From assembly GCA_028717645.1 (NCBI GenBank), contig JAQUNK010000001.1:68794-132793 (forward strand): DNA of 64,000 nt, in the 5' to 3' direction. This document shows, piece by piece, positions 36,938 to 46,591 of this stretch. Under the pieces are notes generated by a model. That model searched no databases. It was not told the DNA's origin and worked only from the letters and a program-made list of their open reading frames with translations. The translations under genes were made by a program, and so were the position numbers. The first letter of the stretch is position 1. Every line of letters starts with the position of its first letter. Source of the DNA: Candidatus Omnitrophota bacterium. GTDB lineage: Bacteria; Omnitrophota; Gorgyraeia; Gygaellales; JAMWDD01.

Positions 36938-37805
36938 ACACAGGTTCAATCGTCCGGCCGTAGCCATTGGTATTTTTGATGGTCTTCATCGCGGCCATAT
37001 CTTTGTTATAAAAAAACTGGTTAAGTTCGCCAGGCAGGCGAAGGCCAGGAGCATCGTTGTTACTTTTCATCCGCATCCTGCGAAAGAAAAAAGCCTGCTT
37101 TCTTTAAGGCACAGGATAAAATTGATCAAAGGCCTGGGCGTTGATATCTGTGCGGTGATTGGTTTTACCAAAAAATTCTCCGAGATCGCTCCGCAAGATT
37201 TTATCAGGAACGTTCTGGTAAAAAAGTTCAATCCTCAGGCAGTGTTCGTAGGCGAAAATTTTACCTTCGGTAAAAACGCATCCGGCAATGTGAAATTCTT
37301 AGAAAGTATATCTGCAAAATATGATTTCAATTTATTTTCCATCCCTGTCGTCAAATCAAACAACAGGATAATCAGCAGTACTTATATCCGCGCACTGATC
37401 AGGAGGGGCAGGATAGCGGCCGCACATAGGTTATTGGGCCGTCCGGTAGCGGTGCTGGGTACCGTCGTAAAAGGCAGCGGTTTGGGCAGGCTTTGGAATG
37501 TACCTACGGCGAATATCGACCCACACCACGAGGTTTTACCCGCTGACGGCGTTTATGCGGTCAAGGTCAAACTGGGTGACAAGCTTCTGAACGGGGTTTG
37601 CTATATCGGGAAAGTTTCCGTGGTAAAAAAACGTCCGTATCATATCGAAGTATATATTTTTAATTTTCACAAAAGGATTTACGGCAAAGACTTGGAAATA
37701 CTTTTCGTCAAAAAAATGCGCGATGCCCGTCGGTACGCTGAAAAAGAACAGTTGATCAGGCAGATAAAAAAAGACATAGGCAAGGCAAAAAAAGCCGTAA
37801 AATAA
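36906..37805 (+). CDS. ribF: Bifunctional riboflavin kinase / FMN adenylyltransferase.
   Basis: N-terminal FAD synthetase (GIFDGLHRGH) and C-terminal riboflavin kinase (PTANI...GVYAV) domains. Confidence 0.9.
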   Translation: MKVISSPGKIKHRFNRPAVAIGIFDGLHRGHIFVIKKLVKFARQAKARSIVVTFHPHPAKEKSLLSLRHRIKLIKGLGVDICAVIGFTKKFSEIAPQDFIRNVLVKKFNPQAVFVGENFTFGKNASGNVKFLESISAKYDFNLFSIPVVKSNNRIISSTYIRALIRRGRIAAAHRLLGRPVAVLGTVVKGSGLGRLWNVPTANIDPHHEVLPADGVYAVKVKLGDKLLNGVCYIGKVSVVKKRPYHIEVYIFNFHKRIYGKDLEILFVKKMRDARRYAEKEQLIRQIKKDIGKAKKAVK

Positions 37806-37921
37806 CAGATTTTCCGCCGTTTGTGGGATTTATCCAACCCGCCATAACCACAACAGCTATGGTTTCACCCATCTAAAATACACAATTTATTGTAATCGCA
37901 GAGGTTAAGGAAAAAAAATCC

Positions 37922-37950
37922 TTGACAGTATGGGCATTTTTGACTATACT
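37922..37950 (+). promoter_or_regulatory. Sigma70-like promoter of the dcw cluster (TTGACA-17 nt-TATACT).
   Basis: TTGACA at 37922-37927 and TATACT at 37945-37950, preceded by an A-tract (AAGGAAAAAAAATCC). Confidence 0.6.
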
Positions 37951-37960
37951 TTGATTACAA

Positions 37961-37986
37961 AGTGGTGATAAGTGGAGTAAAGTGGA
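37961..37986 (+). promoter_or_regulatory. Probable MraZ operator: three direct repeats AGTGG(T/A) at exactly 10-bp spacing.
   Basis: AGTGGTgataAGTGGAgtaaAGTGGA lies between the -10 and the mraZ ATG at 37994. MraZ is known to bind phased direct repeats in its own promoter. Confidence 0.55.
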
Positions 37987-37993
37987 GAAATAG

Positions 37994-38431
37994 ATGTTTT
38001 ACGGTGAATACAAACATACTATTGATAGGAAGGGTCGTATAATCCTTCCGGCGAAATTCAGAGAAGCCGCTAAGTCGAACTTTATCGAAAAGTTTTTTGT
38101 TACGCGCGGCCTGGATAAATGTCTTTTTATGTTTTCCGAGGAAGAATGGCGCTCGCAGGAACAGAAATTTAAGGCCATGTCTTTTACCCATCAGCAGTCG
38201 CGCGTTTTTAACCGCATATTTTTTTCCGGAGCCGTTGAGATTATCCCTGACCGGCAGGGAAGGATCCTCTTGCCCCAATATCTTAAAGACGACGCCGGGA
38301 TCAAAAGAGACGTTCTTATTGTGGGTGTGTCGAATCGTATCGAGATCTGGGCACAGGATGAATGGAACAAATTCTACGGTAATTCCAGGCAGTCTTTTGA
38401 AGAGATTGCCGAGAAATTAATGGAGAGTTGA
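37994..38431 (+). CDS. mraZ: Transcriptional regulator MraZ.
   Basis: MFYGEYKHTIDRKGRIILP, with a duplicated DUF-MraZ repeat (second copy ...DRQGRILLP). Confidence 0.9.
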   Translation: MFYGEYKHTIDRKGRIILPAKFREAAKSNFIEKFFVTRGLDKCLFMFSEEEWRSQEQKFKAMSFTHQQSRVFNRIFFSGAVEIIPDRQGRILLPQYLKDDAGIKRDVLIVGVSNRIEIWAQDEWNKFYGNSRQSFEEIAEKLMES

Positions 38432-39330
38432 GTTGTGTGGAAATTCATTACCATATCCCTGTAATGTGTAAAGAAGTAGTAGAATATCTAAATTTGAGGC
38501 CGGGTAGCGTTGTAATAGACGCTACTATCGGTACAGCCGGCCATTCTGTAGAGATCTTAAAAAAGATCCTGCCTGGCGGCCTGCTTATCGGCATCGATAA
38601 GGATGAGGAAACTTTATCGGTAACGAGAGAACGGCTGAAGGAATTCCGAGACAGGCTGATATTGGTCCACGAAGATTTCCGTAATATCGATAACGTGGTC
38701 AGGAACCTTAAGCTCGGCGGTGTTGATGCCATACTTTTCGATTTGGGTATCTCCAGTTTTCAGTTGGATAATCCCGAGCGCGGGTTTAGTTTTACGAATG
38801 AGGGGCCGCTGGATATGCGCATGGACAGGCAAAATTTTATTTCTGCGTATGACCTGGTAAACAATCTCAATGCCGATGAGATATCCAATATACTCTGGTC
38901 TTTTGGCGAAGAACACTGGCACAATCGCATCGCCCGGCACATGGTTGAAGAGAGAAGAAAAATTCCTATTGCAACTACGCGACAATTAAGTAATATAGTT
39001 GTTAATTCAATTCCTGAAAAAGCAAGGCACAAGAAGACCCATGCCGCCACAAAGACGTTTCAGGCCTTACGCATCGCGGTAAACAGGGAGCTGGAAGCGG
39101 AAGAAGAGGCCCTGAAAAAATCCGTAGGCCTGTTGAACCGCGGTGGCAGGATCTGCGTTCTGGCGTTCCATTCTTTAGAAGATCGCCTGGTGAAGGTAAA
39201 TTTCAAGAATTTTTCCAATACAGGCGAGCTGAAGATCATCACGCCCAAGCCGCTGGTCGCTTCAGAAGAAGAAAAATATGCGAACCCTTTGAGCCGGAGC
39301 GCTAAATTAAGGGTAGCGGAGAGGTTATAA
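38428..39330 (+). CDS. rsmH: 16S rRNA (cytosine1402-N4)-methyltransferase.
   Basis: HIPVM...DATIGTAGHS...DLGISS SAM-methyltransferase MraW signatures. Confidence 0.9.
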   Translation: MSCVEIHYHIPVMCKEVVEYLNLRPGSVVIDATIGTAGHSVEILKKILPGGLLIGIDKDEETLSVTRERLKEFRDRLILVHEDFRNIDNVVRNLKLGGVDAILFDLGISSFQLDNPERGFSFTNEGPLDMRMDRQNFISAYDLVNNLNADEISNILWSFGEEHWHNRIARHMVEERRKIPIATTRQLSNIVVNSIPEKARHKKTHAATKTFQALRIAVNRELEAEEEALKKSVGLLNRGGRICVLAFHSLEDRLVKVNFKNFSNTGELKIITPKPLVASEEEKYANPLSRSAKLRVAERL

Positions 39331-39334
39331 TTAG

Positions 39335-39694
39335 ATGAGATTCAATAGGTTCTTATCAGGCGCGTTTTTCGTTACTGCGGTAAGCCTTTTTTATGTTTAC
39401 CAGCAGACGAGCATCTATACCCTGGCTTATTCAGGCGAAAAGAAACAGCGCGTCTATCAGGATTTGCTTGATAAGAACAACCTCTTGAGATATAATCTAA
39501 ATGTAGTCACTTCTTTATCGGCCATGGGCAATAAGGTCCTGGAAGCTTCCGAGTTCGAAATGCCTGCCGAAAACAGAATAGTAAAATTAGAATACCCTAG
39601 AGAGAAAGTGGTTATCGCAAAGAATAAAATTGCCGAAATCTTTAACATCTTTGGATTTAAGTCACAGGCAGAAGCTAGGACCGTTAACCACTAA
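39335..39694 (+). CDS. ftsL: FtsL-like cell division protein.
   Basis: 119 aa with a single N-terminal TM segment, then a coiled-coil. Sits in the canonical rsmH-ftsL-ftsI position. Confidence 0.6.
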   Translation: MRFNRFLSGAFFVTAVSLFYVYQQTSIYTLAYSGEKKQRVYQDLLDKNNLLRYNLNVVTSLSAMGNKVLEASEFEMPAENRIVKLEYPREKVVIAKNKIAEIFNIFGFKSQAEARTVNH

Positions 39695-39748
39695 GCCCTA
39701 CGCATTTCTTCTAACTGTTAAATTATCGCTACGGATTTCTAGACTGAC

Positions 39749-41470
39749 GTGTATATAAAGGAATTTTCCCGCAGGTTCTATATTGTTTTTCTATCTTTCC
39801 TCGTATTCTTTACCTTTATTATTGCCCGTCTTTTTTTTATCCAATTTTTCCATGGCCGCTATTTAAGCGCCATTGCCGAAAAACAGCAGAGCCTTTATAT
39901 TGAGCTTGAGCCCCAAAGAGGAATAATCTATGATTCAAGCGCTAGGCCCCTGGCGATCAATATCGCGGCGCAATCATTATACGCCGTGCCTAGAGAAATA
40001 AAGGATAAAGAAAAAATCATAGCGGCTCTCGCGCCGATATTGAATGCAGATTACAGTTATCTCAAAGATAGGCTTTACCGCAATAAGTCTTTTGTTTGGT
40101 TAGCCAGAAAGATCACTCCTCAGCAAACAGAAAAAATCAAGGCGCTTAAAATCAAAGGATTAGGGTTTATCCGGGAAAATAAGCGCGCTTATCCCAATGG
40201 CTACCTCGCCAGCCACATAGTTGGTTTTACGGACATAGACAATCATGGCTTGAGCGGAGAGGAGTTGGCCTACGATAAATATTTAAAAGGCGTATCGGGA
40301 TGGGCATTTTTTTTAAGGGATGCGCGGCAGAATAGGCTTGATATCGCCGCACAGATGGTTTCTCCCCGGGACGGGTTGGATATTGTCCTGACCATAGATG
40401 AAGTGATACAATACATAGCGGAAAAGGAGCTGGACAAGGCCGCTAAAGATTATAATGCCAAGGGCGCTTCGCTTGTTGTGTTGGATCCTTATACGGGAAG
40501 GGTTCTGGCGCTAGTTAACCGGCCGACCTTTGACCTGAATTATGTTTCTTCGACTTCTTCAGATGTCAGGCGTAACCGCGCGATCTGCGATTTATTCGAA
40601 CCTGGTTCGGTTTTTAAAATTGTCACTGCTTCCGCGGCCCTGGAGGAAAATAAGGTCAATGAGAACGATAAATTTTTCTGCGAGAACGGCAGCTATCGCG
40701 TGGCCAATCACATCCTGCACGACCACCAATCGCACGGCTGGCTCACTTTTAGAGAAGTCATCGAACAATCCAGCAATATCGGCACGACCAAGGTCGCTCA
40801 GATACTCGGCCCGGAAGTGGTTTATCGTTATGCAAAACTTTTTGGTTTTGGAAGCGACACGGGCATAGACCTGCCGGGTGAAATAAGGGGCATGCTTAAG
40901 GAACCCCGATTTTGGTCAAAAACGTCCATTGGTGCCGTGCCCATAGGCCAGGAAGTGGGTGTCAATGTGCTTCAGCTGGCTACTGCCATAGCTGCTATTG
41001 CCAACGGCGGTTACCTGATGAAGCCGTTTGTCGTCAGTGCCATACAGGATAAACAGCAGCATGTGCTCCGCCAGTATAAGCCCATGGCCATACGCAGGGT
41101 CATTTCCGTGAATACGGCCGAACGCATGAAGATGATATTAAAAGGCGTAGTGAATGATGGTACAGGAAAGCTGGGTAAGCCGGCGAGTTTTACTGCGGCC
41201 GGTAAAACCGGTACCGCGCAGAAATTAGAACCGGATGGCAGGTATTCCCACAATAAATTCGTTGCTTCTTTTATCGGCTTTGCTCCGGCAGAAGAGCCGT
41301 TGATAGTCATTGCAGTAGTAGTAGATGAGCCGCATCCATATTATTTCGGCGGAGTAGTCGCAGCGCCGGCGTTTAAAAATGTGGCCGAAGAAGTTATAAA
41401 ATATCTTAAGGCAAAGCAGTTGAATGCGAACAGGCTTACGGGGATAAATGAGATTACGAGAATTAATTAA
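39749..41470 (+). CDS. ftsI: Peptidoglycan D,D-transpeptidase FtsI (PBP3).
   Basis: N-terminal TM segment, PBP dimerisation domain and transpeptidase motifs (SVFK = SxxK, SSN = SxN, KTGT). Confidence 0.9.
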   Translation: MYIKEFSRRFYIVFLSFLVFFTFIIARLFFIQFFHGRYLSAIAEKQQSLYIELEPQRGIIYDSSARPLAINIAAQSLYAVPREIKDKEKIIAALAPILNADYSYLKDRLYRNKSFVWLARKITPQQTEKIKALKIKGLGFIRENKRAYPNGYLASHIVGFTDIDNHGLSGEELAYDKYLKGVSGWAFFLRDARQNRLDIAAQMVSPRDGLDIVLTIDEVIQYIAEKELDKAAKDYNAKGASLVVLDPYTGRVLALVNRPTFDLNYVSSTSSDVRRNRAICDLFEPGSVFKIVTASAALEENKVNENDKFFCENGSYRVANHILHDHQSHGWLTFREVIEQSSNIGTTKVAQILGPEVVYRYAKLFGFGSDTGIDLPGEIRGMLKEPRFWSKTSIGAVPIGQEVGVNVLQLATAIAAIANGGYLMKPFVVSAIQDKQQHVLRQYKPMAIRRVISVNTAERMKMILKGVVNDGTGKLGKPASFTAAGKTGTAQKLEPDGRYSHNKFVASFIGFAPAEEPLIVIAVVVDEPHPYYFGGVVAAPAFKNVAEEVIKYLKAKQLNANRLTGINEITRIN

Positions 41471-42899
41471 ATCATTGGATCTGAACATTTCCGACGCGCA
41501 GGATTTTGAGGTAAAGGGCATAACTTGTGATTCGCGTCAGGTGAAAAATGATTTTATCTTTGTGGCGATAAACGGCAATAAAATGAACGGCAATCTGTTT
41601 ATCCCTGAAGCGGTGAAAAACGGGGCACGGCTGGTCATCTTGGATGCCGCGACAGAAGAGGTTAAAGGTATTACTTTTATCCGCGTGAATGACAGCCGTA
41701 TTGCACTCGCCACGCTTGCTGCGGATTTTTACGGTTATCCTTCCCGAAAAATGAAGGTCGTGGGAATAACCGGGACCAATGGTAAAACTACCATCACCTA
41801 CCTTATCGAACATATCTTAAGACAGGCCGGATACAAGGCCGGGGTTATCGGTACGATAAATTATCGTTTCCAGAATAAGGTTATTTCTGCCAAAAATACC
41901 ACCCCGGGAGCGGAAGCGATACAATCTTTACTCGCCCAGATGTATAATGAAGATATCCGTTATGTGGCTATGGAAGTTTCTTCGCATGCGCTGGACCAGG
42001 GAAGGGTCAAAGGGGTGGACTTTTCTACCGCCGTATTCACCAATCTTACCCAGGACCATCTGGATTACCACAAAGATATGGAGGAATATTTCAGGGCGAA
42101 ATCACTGCTTTTCAAAAATCTGAATTCCGGGGCCCTGGCGGTGATCAATAAAGATTCTCCTTTTTCCCAGAGATTGATAAATTCAACCAGCGCCAGGGTC
42201 ATTACCTATAGTTTAAGGCAGGGAGCGGATATAGCTGCTTCTAAGATCAAATTAGGCGTATACGGCACCAGTTTTTATATTACCTCATCAGAAATAAAGA
42301 CGGAAATAAACACGAAACTTATCGGTAGGCACAATGTTTATAATATCCTGGCCGCATTCGCCTTTGCCCTCCAGGAAGGTTTGGATGCACAGGATATAAA
42401 GAAATCAATAGAAGGCTTTAGCTGTGTTCCGGGCAGGCTCGAGGAAATAGACCTGGGCCAACCATTCAAGGTCTTTGTGGACTATGCCCATACCGAAGAT
42501 GCATTGTTTAACGTTATCACCAGCCTGAAAGAAATAGCGCATAATAGGATCATTGTAGTCTTTGGCTGCGGCGGAGACCGCGATGCAGCCAAGAGGCCGA
42601 AGATGGGCCGGGTCACCACGGAATTGGCAGACAAGGTGATCATTACCGCGGATAATCCGCGCAGCGAAAATGCCGAAGATATCATCAAAGACATATTAAA
42701 AGGCGTTAAGAGGGATAATTATAAGATCGTCGTTGACCGGGGCCTGGCGATAAAAGAGGCCCTGACCATGGCGCGGAATAATGATATAGTTTTACTTGCA
42801 GGCAAAGGGCATGAGGATTACCAGGTATTTAAGGATAGGACAATAAATTTTGATGACCGAGAGGAAGCGAGGAAATGCTTACTGTCCCTGATATCCTAA
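41448..42899 (+). CDS. murE: UDP-N-acetylmuramoyl-L-alanyl-D-glutamate--2,6-diaminopimelate ligase.
   Basis: Mur ligase P-loop GITGTNGKTT and the DAP-selecting DNPR motif (ADNPRSE). Confidence 0.9.
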   Translation: MRLRELIKSLDLNISDAQDFEVKGITCDSRQVKNDFIFVAINGNKMNGNLFIPEAVKNGARLVILDAATEEVKGITFIRVNDSRIALATLAADFYGYPSRKMKVVGITGTNGKTTITYLIEHILRQAGYKAGVIGTINYRFQNKVISAKNTTPGAEAIQSLLAQMYNEDIRYVAMEVSSHALDQGRVKGVDFSTAVFTNLTQDHLDYHKDMEEYFRAKSLLFKNLNSGALAVINKDSPFSQRLINSTSARVITYSLRQGADIAASKIKLGVYGTSFYITSSEIKTEINTKLIGRHNVYNILAAFAFALQEGLDAQDIKKSIEGFSCVPGRLEEIDLGQPFKVFVDYAHTEDALFNVITSLKEIAHNRIIVVFGCGGDRDAAKRPKMGRVTTELADKVIITADNPRSENAEDIIKDILKGVKRDNYKIVVDRGLAIKEALTMARNNDIVLLAGKGHEDYQVFKDRTINFDDREEARKCLLSLIS

Positions 42900-44236
42900 A
42901 GGCGACCGGCGGGAAGCTCCTGCAGGGTAGGACCGATTCCCTGATGATCGGAGTTTCCATAGATTCGCGCACCCTCAAACAGGGCGATTTATTTATTGCG
43001 CTAAAGGGCAAAAATTTTAACGGCCATAATTTTGTGCGCCATGCGCTCCAGAAGCGTGCTGCAGGGATCATCAGCCAGGCGGATATAACAACGACCAATG
43101 CCTACGCGCATATACCGGTGATCAAAGTAAAGGATAGCACTAAGGCCTTGGGTGACATAGCCAGGTATCACCGCAGCAGGTTTGACCTACCGGTCGTGGC
43201 GGTCACTGGCTCAAACGGTAAGACCACTACCAAGGATATGCTTGCCTGGATATTGGGCGGCAGTTTTTCTGTTCTAAAAAATACAGGCACCAAAAATAAC
43301 GCCATTGGCGTACCTCTTACGTTGTTGGGCCTGGGCCCGCGGCATGATATTTGCGTTTTGGAAATGGGTACGAACCATTTCGGCGAGATCGCGCATCTGA
43401 CTAAAATAGCCAATCCCAATATCGGTCTGATCACCAATATCGGCCCTTCGCACCTGGAATTTTTTAAAGATAAAAAGGGGGTTTTAAAAGAAAAAAGCGA
43501 TCTGATCAAAGGCCTGGCTTCTCCGGCGATCAGCCTGATAAATGCGGATGATGAGTTTCTGGGTAAGGCCAGGCAATTATATGGCTCTCGGCCCCTATTT
43601 AAGTTCGGGCTGAAAAATATTACTGAATTCCGCGCCTCGTCCATAAGATGCCGGGCCGCGGAAAAAATAGAATTCCTGGTAAATAGAGAACATAAATTCG
43701 TTTTACGTACCTGCGGCCTGCATAATGTCTATAATGCGCTCGCGGCAATAGGAGTAGCAAGGTTATTTGGCCTGGAATACCGGGACATGGCCAAGCGTTT
43801 GAATAATTTTAGTTTTCCCGAAGGCAGGCTTAAGTTCATCCGGATGGATAAAATAAATTTTATCGACGATACCTATAATTCTAATCCGCTTTCTTTGGAT
43901 TGGGCGCTGAGCGCCTTAAAAAATATGGAAATAAAAGGCAGGAAGATTTTTATCATGGGCGATATGCTGGAGCTGGGTGCGGGCGCCAGCGCATTGCATC
44001 GGCAGGCAGCGGAGAAGATCGGGCCAGTGTGCGATTATTTTATTTCCGTAGGAAAACTGGCCAGGCTGTCGGCGGAAGTGCTTAGGGAAAAAAAGAGAGC
44101 CGCGGATCGGGTCTTTAGCTGTAGTTCTCCCGGCGAAGCGAGGGATGTCCTCTTGAATAAAATAATCCCCGGTAGGCATGATATAGTCTTGGTCAAGGGC
44201 TCGCGCGGGTTAACTATGGAGAAGGTTTTTAGATAA
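42875..44236 (+). CDS. murF: UDP-N-acetylmuramoyl-tripeptide--D-alanyl-D-alanine ligase.
   Basis: Mur ligase P-loop GSNGKTTTK, in the murE-murF-mraY context. Confidence 0.9.
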   Translation: MLTVPDILKATGGKLLQGRTDSLMIGVSIDSRTLKQGDLFIALKGKNFNGHNFVRHALQKRAAGIISQADITTTNAYAHIPVIKVKDSTKALGDIARYHRSRFDLPVVAVTGSNGKTTTKDMLAWILGGSFSVLKNTGTKNNAIGVPLTLLGLGPRHDICVLEMGTNHFGEIAHLTKIANPNIGLITNIGPSHLEFFKDKKGVLKEKSDLIKGLASPAISLINADDEFLGKARQLYGSRPLFKFGLKNITEFRASSIRCRAAEKIEFLVNREHKFVLRTCGLHNVYNALAAIGVARLFGLEYRDMAKRLNNFSFPEGRLKFIRMDKINFIDDTYNSNPLSLDWALSALKNMEIKGRKIFIMGDMLELGAGASALHRQAAEKIGPVCDYFISVGKLARLSAEVLREKKRAADRVFSCSSPGEARDVLLNKIIPGRHDIVLVKGSRGLTMEKVFR

Positions 44237-45327
44237 TGCTTTATTATTTACTTTTTCCTTTCCACGATATATTACCGGTCTTCAATGTCATCAGGTACAT
44301 TACTTTTCGTGCCGGCATGGCTGCCTTAACCGCATTTTTGTTGAGCCTTCTTATCGGCCCGCGCCTTATTCATAAACTAAAAAAAATGCATATCGGCCAG
44401 GAAGTGAGAAAAGAAGAAGACAGCGCCCAGCTTTATGATTTGCACAGGAAAAAGCAGGGCACGCCGACAATGGGCGGTTTACTGATATTGTTGTCGATAG
44501 TAAGCGCCAACCTGCTTTGGGCGGACATACTCAACAAATACCTGATCATTGCCTGCCTGGGTACGGTCTGGTTAGGCGCGGTAGGTTTTTACGATGATTA
44601 TCTAAAGATCATCAAAAAACAATCCAAGGGTCTGAGCGCTAAAAATAAACTTGCCTGGCAGATGTTTTTAGGGTTGGTTTTAGGGATAATTTTTATGTTG
44701 GACCCGAACCTGAGTACGAAGTTAGATATCCCTTTTTTAAAAGACGTTGCCATAAATTTAGGTTATTTTTATATTCTTTTTGTCATCCTGATCATAGCCG
44801 GTTCTTCGAATGCGGTCAATCTTACCGATGGGCTGGATGGCCTGGCCATCGGCATAGTGATCATGGTAGCCATTGCCTATAGTGTTCTCGGTTACGTTAC
44901 CGGAAATGCTCTTTTCAGCAAATACCTGCTTGTTCCTTTTATTCCTGGTACTGCCGAGCTCACTGTTTTCTGCGCCAGCATTGTTGGCGCGGGCCTGGGT
45001 TTCCTATGGTTCAATTGTTATCCGGCTACCGTCTTTATGGGCGATACCGGATCCTTGGCCCTGGGCGGAGCGCTGGGCCTGGTGGCTATTATGATCAAAA
45101 AAGAATTGCTTCTGGTGATCGTGGGCGGGGTACTAGTGCTGGAGGCGTTTTCAGTGATACTGCAGGTAGGTTCCTTTAAATTGAGGAAGAAAAGGATATT
45201 CCAGATCGCACCATTGCACCATCATTTTCAGTTTTTAGGCTGGTCGGAAACAAAGGTGATCGTACGTTTCTGGATCGTTGCCGCACTATTCGCATTGTTC
45301 ACCCTGGTGACGCTAAAGTTGAGATGA
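44236..45327 (+). CDS. mraY: Phospho-N-acetylmuramoyl-pentapeptide transferase.
   Basis: Ten predicted TM segments. NAVNLTDGLDGLA and FMGDTGSLALGG MraY signatures. Confidence 0.95.
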   Translation: MLYYLLFPFHDILPVFNVIRYITFRAGMAALTAFLLSLLIGPRLIHKLKKMHIGQEVRKEEDSAQLYDLHRKKQGTPTMGGLLILLSIVSANLLWADILNKYLIIACLGTVWLGAVGFYDDYLKIIKKQSKGLSAKNKLAWQMFLGLVLGIIFMLDPNLSTKLDIPFLKDVAINLGYFYILFVILIIAGSSNAVNLTDGLDGLAIGIVIMVAIAYSVLGYVTGNALFSKYLLVPFIPGTAELTVFCASIVGAGLGFLWFNCYPATVFMGDTGSLALGGALGLVAIMIKKELLLVIVGGVLVLEAFSVILQVGSFKLRKKRIFQIAPLHHHFQFLGWSETKVIVRFWIVAALFALFTLVTLKLR

Positions 45328-46589
45328 AGAACCCCGGTTATTTTAAAGGAAAGAAAGTTACGGTAGTAGGCCTGGCCAGAAGCGGCGAGGCCGCTTCTTT
45401 ATTATTGAAAGACCTGGGCGCTGAAGTTTGCATTACAGATGCCAAAGATAACGAGGCCTTAAGAAAAACTGCCGATACCCTTAAGGCGCGCGGCATTAAA
45501 GAAATAGAATTAGGCAAGCATACGCAAAGGCTTATCCAGGGCCAAGACCTGGTAGTGATCAGCCCCGGCGTAAGCGATAAGTCGCCGGCAATTATCTGGG
45601 CGGACGAATTGAAAATACCGGTGATCAGCGAAATAGAACTTTCTTATCTGGCGTGTCCGGCAAAAATCATTGCCACTACGGGGACCAATGGTAAGACCAC
45701 GGTAGCTACCTTGATCGGGAAAATTATTCAGGCTTCCGGTAAAAATGCGGTGATCTGCGGTAACATCGGCAATCCTTTTGCCGGAGAAATAAATAAATTA
45801 AAAACGGGCGACTTTGTTTCTCTGGAGGTAAGTTCTTTTCAGCTGGAAAGGATCAGGGAATTTAAGCCGTTCATTGCGCTGATTTTGACCTTCACCCCGG
45901 ATCATTTAGACAGATATAAGGATATTACAGAATACCTGGCGGCAAAAAAGCGCATCTATATGAACCAGGATAAGAATGATTACCTAGTTTTAAATGATGC
46001 GGATCCTGCCTTAAGGGCCTTAGGTAAAGAGGCCAGGGCAAATGTGCGTTATTTTAAAGAAGGTCCGGGACTGAATCCCAATCAGGCGGCGGTAATGGAG
46101 GTAGCAAATATCCTGGGACTGGATAGGAAATTGTGCTTAGAGGTCCTGCGTAATTTTAAAGGCATGGAACACCGCCTGGAATGGGTCTCTGAGCTGAATG
46201 GTATAGAATTTATCAATGATTCTAAGGCAACGAACGTAGAATCAGCGATTTGGGCGCTGAAGAACATAGATAAGCCCGTTATTTGGATCGCCGGAGGCAG
46301 GGATAAAGGCATAGATTATTCATCTATTGCTGGGTTGGCAAAGGAAAAGATCAGGGCACTTATTTTGATCGGCGAGGCCAAGGATAAGATAAAGAATGCT
46401 TTAGGTAAATTTGTTCCGTACGAAGAAGCCGTGTCCATGAAAAACGCCGTAGAGATCGCTTATAAAAAAGCCAAGCGTGGCGATTGTGTCTTGCTTTCTC
46501 CCATGTGCGCAAGTTTCGATATGTTCTTAAATTATGAAGACCGGGGCAGGGTGTTTAAGCAGGTAGTAAAAGATCTGGTTAAGGGATAA
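45324..46589 (+). CDS. murD: UDP-N-acetylmuramoylalanine--D-glutamate ligase.
   Basis: N-terminal Rossmann motif (VVGLARSG) and P-loop GTNGKTT. Confidence 0.9.
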   Translation: MKNPGYFKGKKVTVVGLARSGEAASLLLKDLGAEVCITDAKDNEALRKTADTLKARGIKEIELGKHTQRLIQGQDLVVISPGVSDKSPAIIWADELKIPVISEIELSYLACPAKIIATTGTNGKTTVATLIGKIIQASGKNAVICGNIGNPFAGEINKLKTGDFVSLEVSSFQLERIREFKPFIALILTFTPDHLDRYKDITEYLAAKKRIYMNQDKNDYLVLNDADPALRALGKEARANVRYFKEGPGLNPNQAAVMEVANILGLDRKLCLEVLRNFKGMEHRLEWVSELNGIEFINDSKATNVESAIWALKNIDKPVIWIAGGRDKGIDYSSIAGLAKEKIRALILIGEAKDKIKNALGKFVPYEEAVSMKNAVEIAYKKAKRGDCVLLSPMCASFDMFLNYEDRGRVFKQVVKDLVKG

Positions 46590-46591
46590 AG

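Noticed and set aside
37906-37921. An AAGGAAAAAAAATCCTT small inverted repeat just upstream of the dcw -35.
   Set aside because: More simply explained as an A-tract UP-element next to the promoter than as a distinct hairpin or terminator.
40542-40868. A 108-aa + strand ORF inside ftsI (alternate frame), and similar ORFs at 44873-45094 and 47250-47459.
   Set aside because: They are alternate-frame ORFs within conserved essential genes (ftsI, mraY, ftsW) and are not credible as independent genes.
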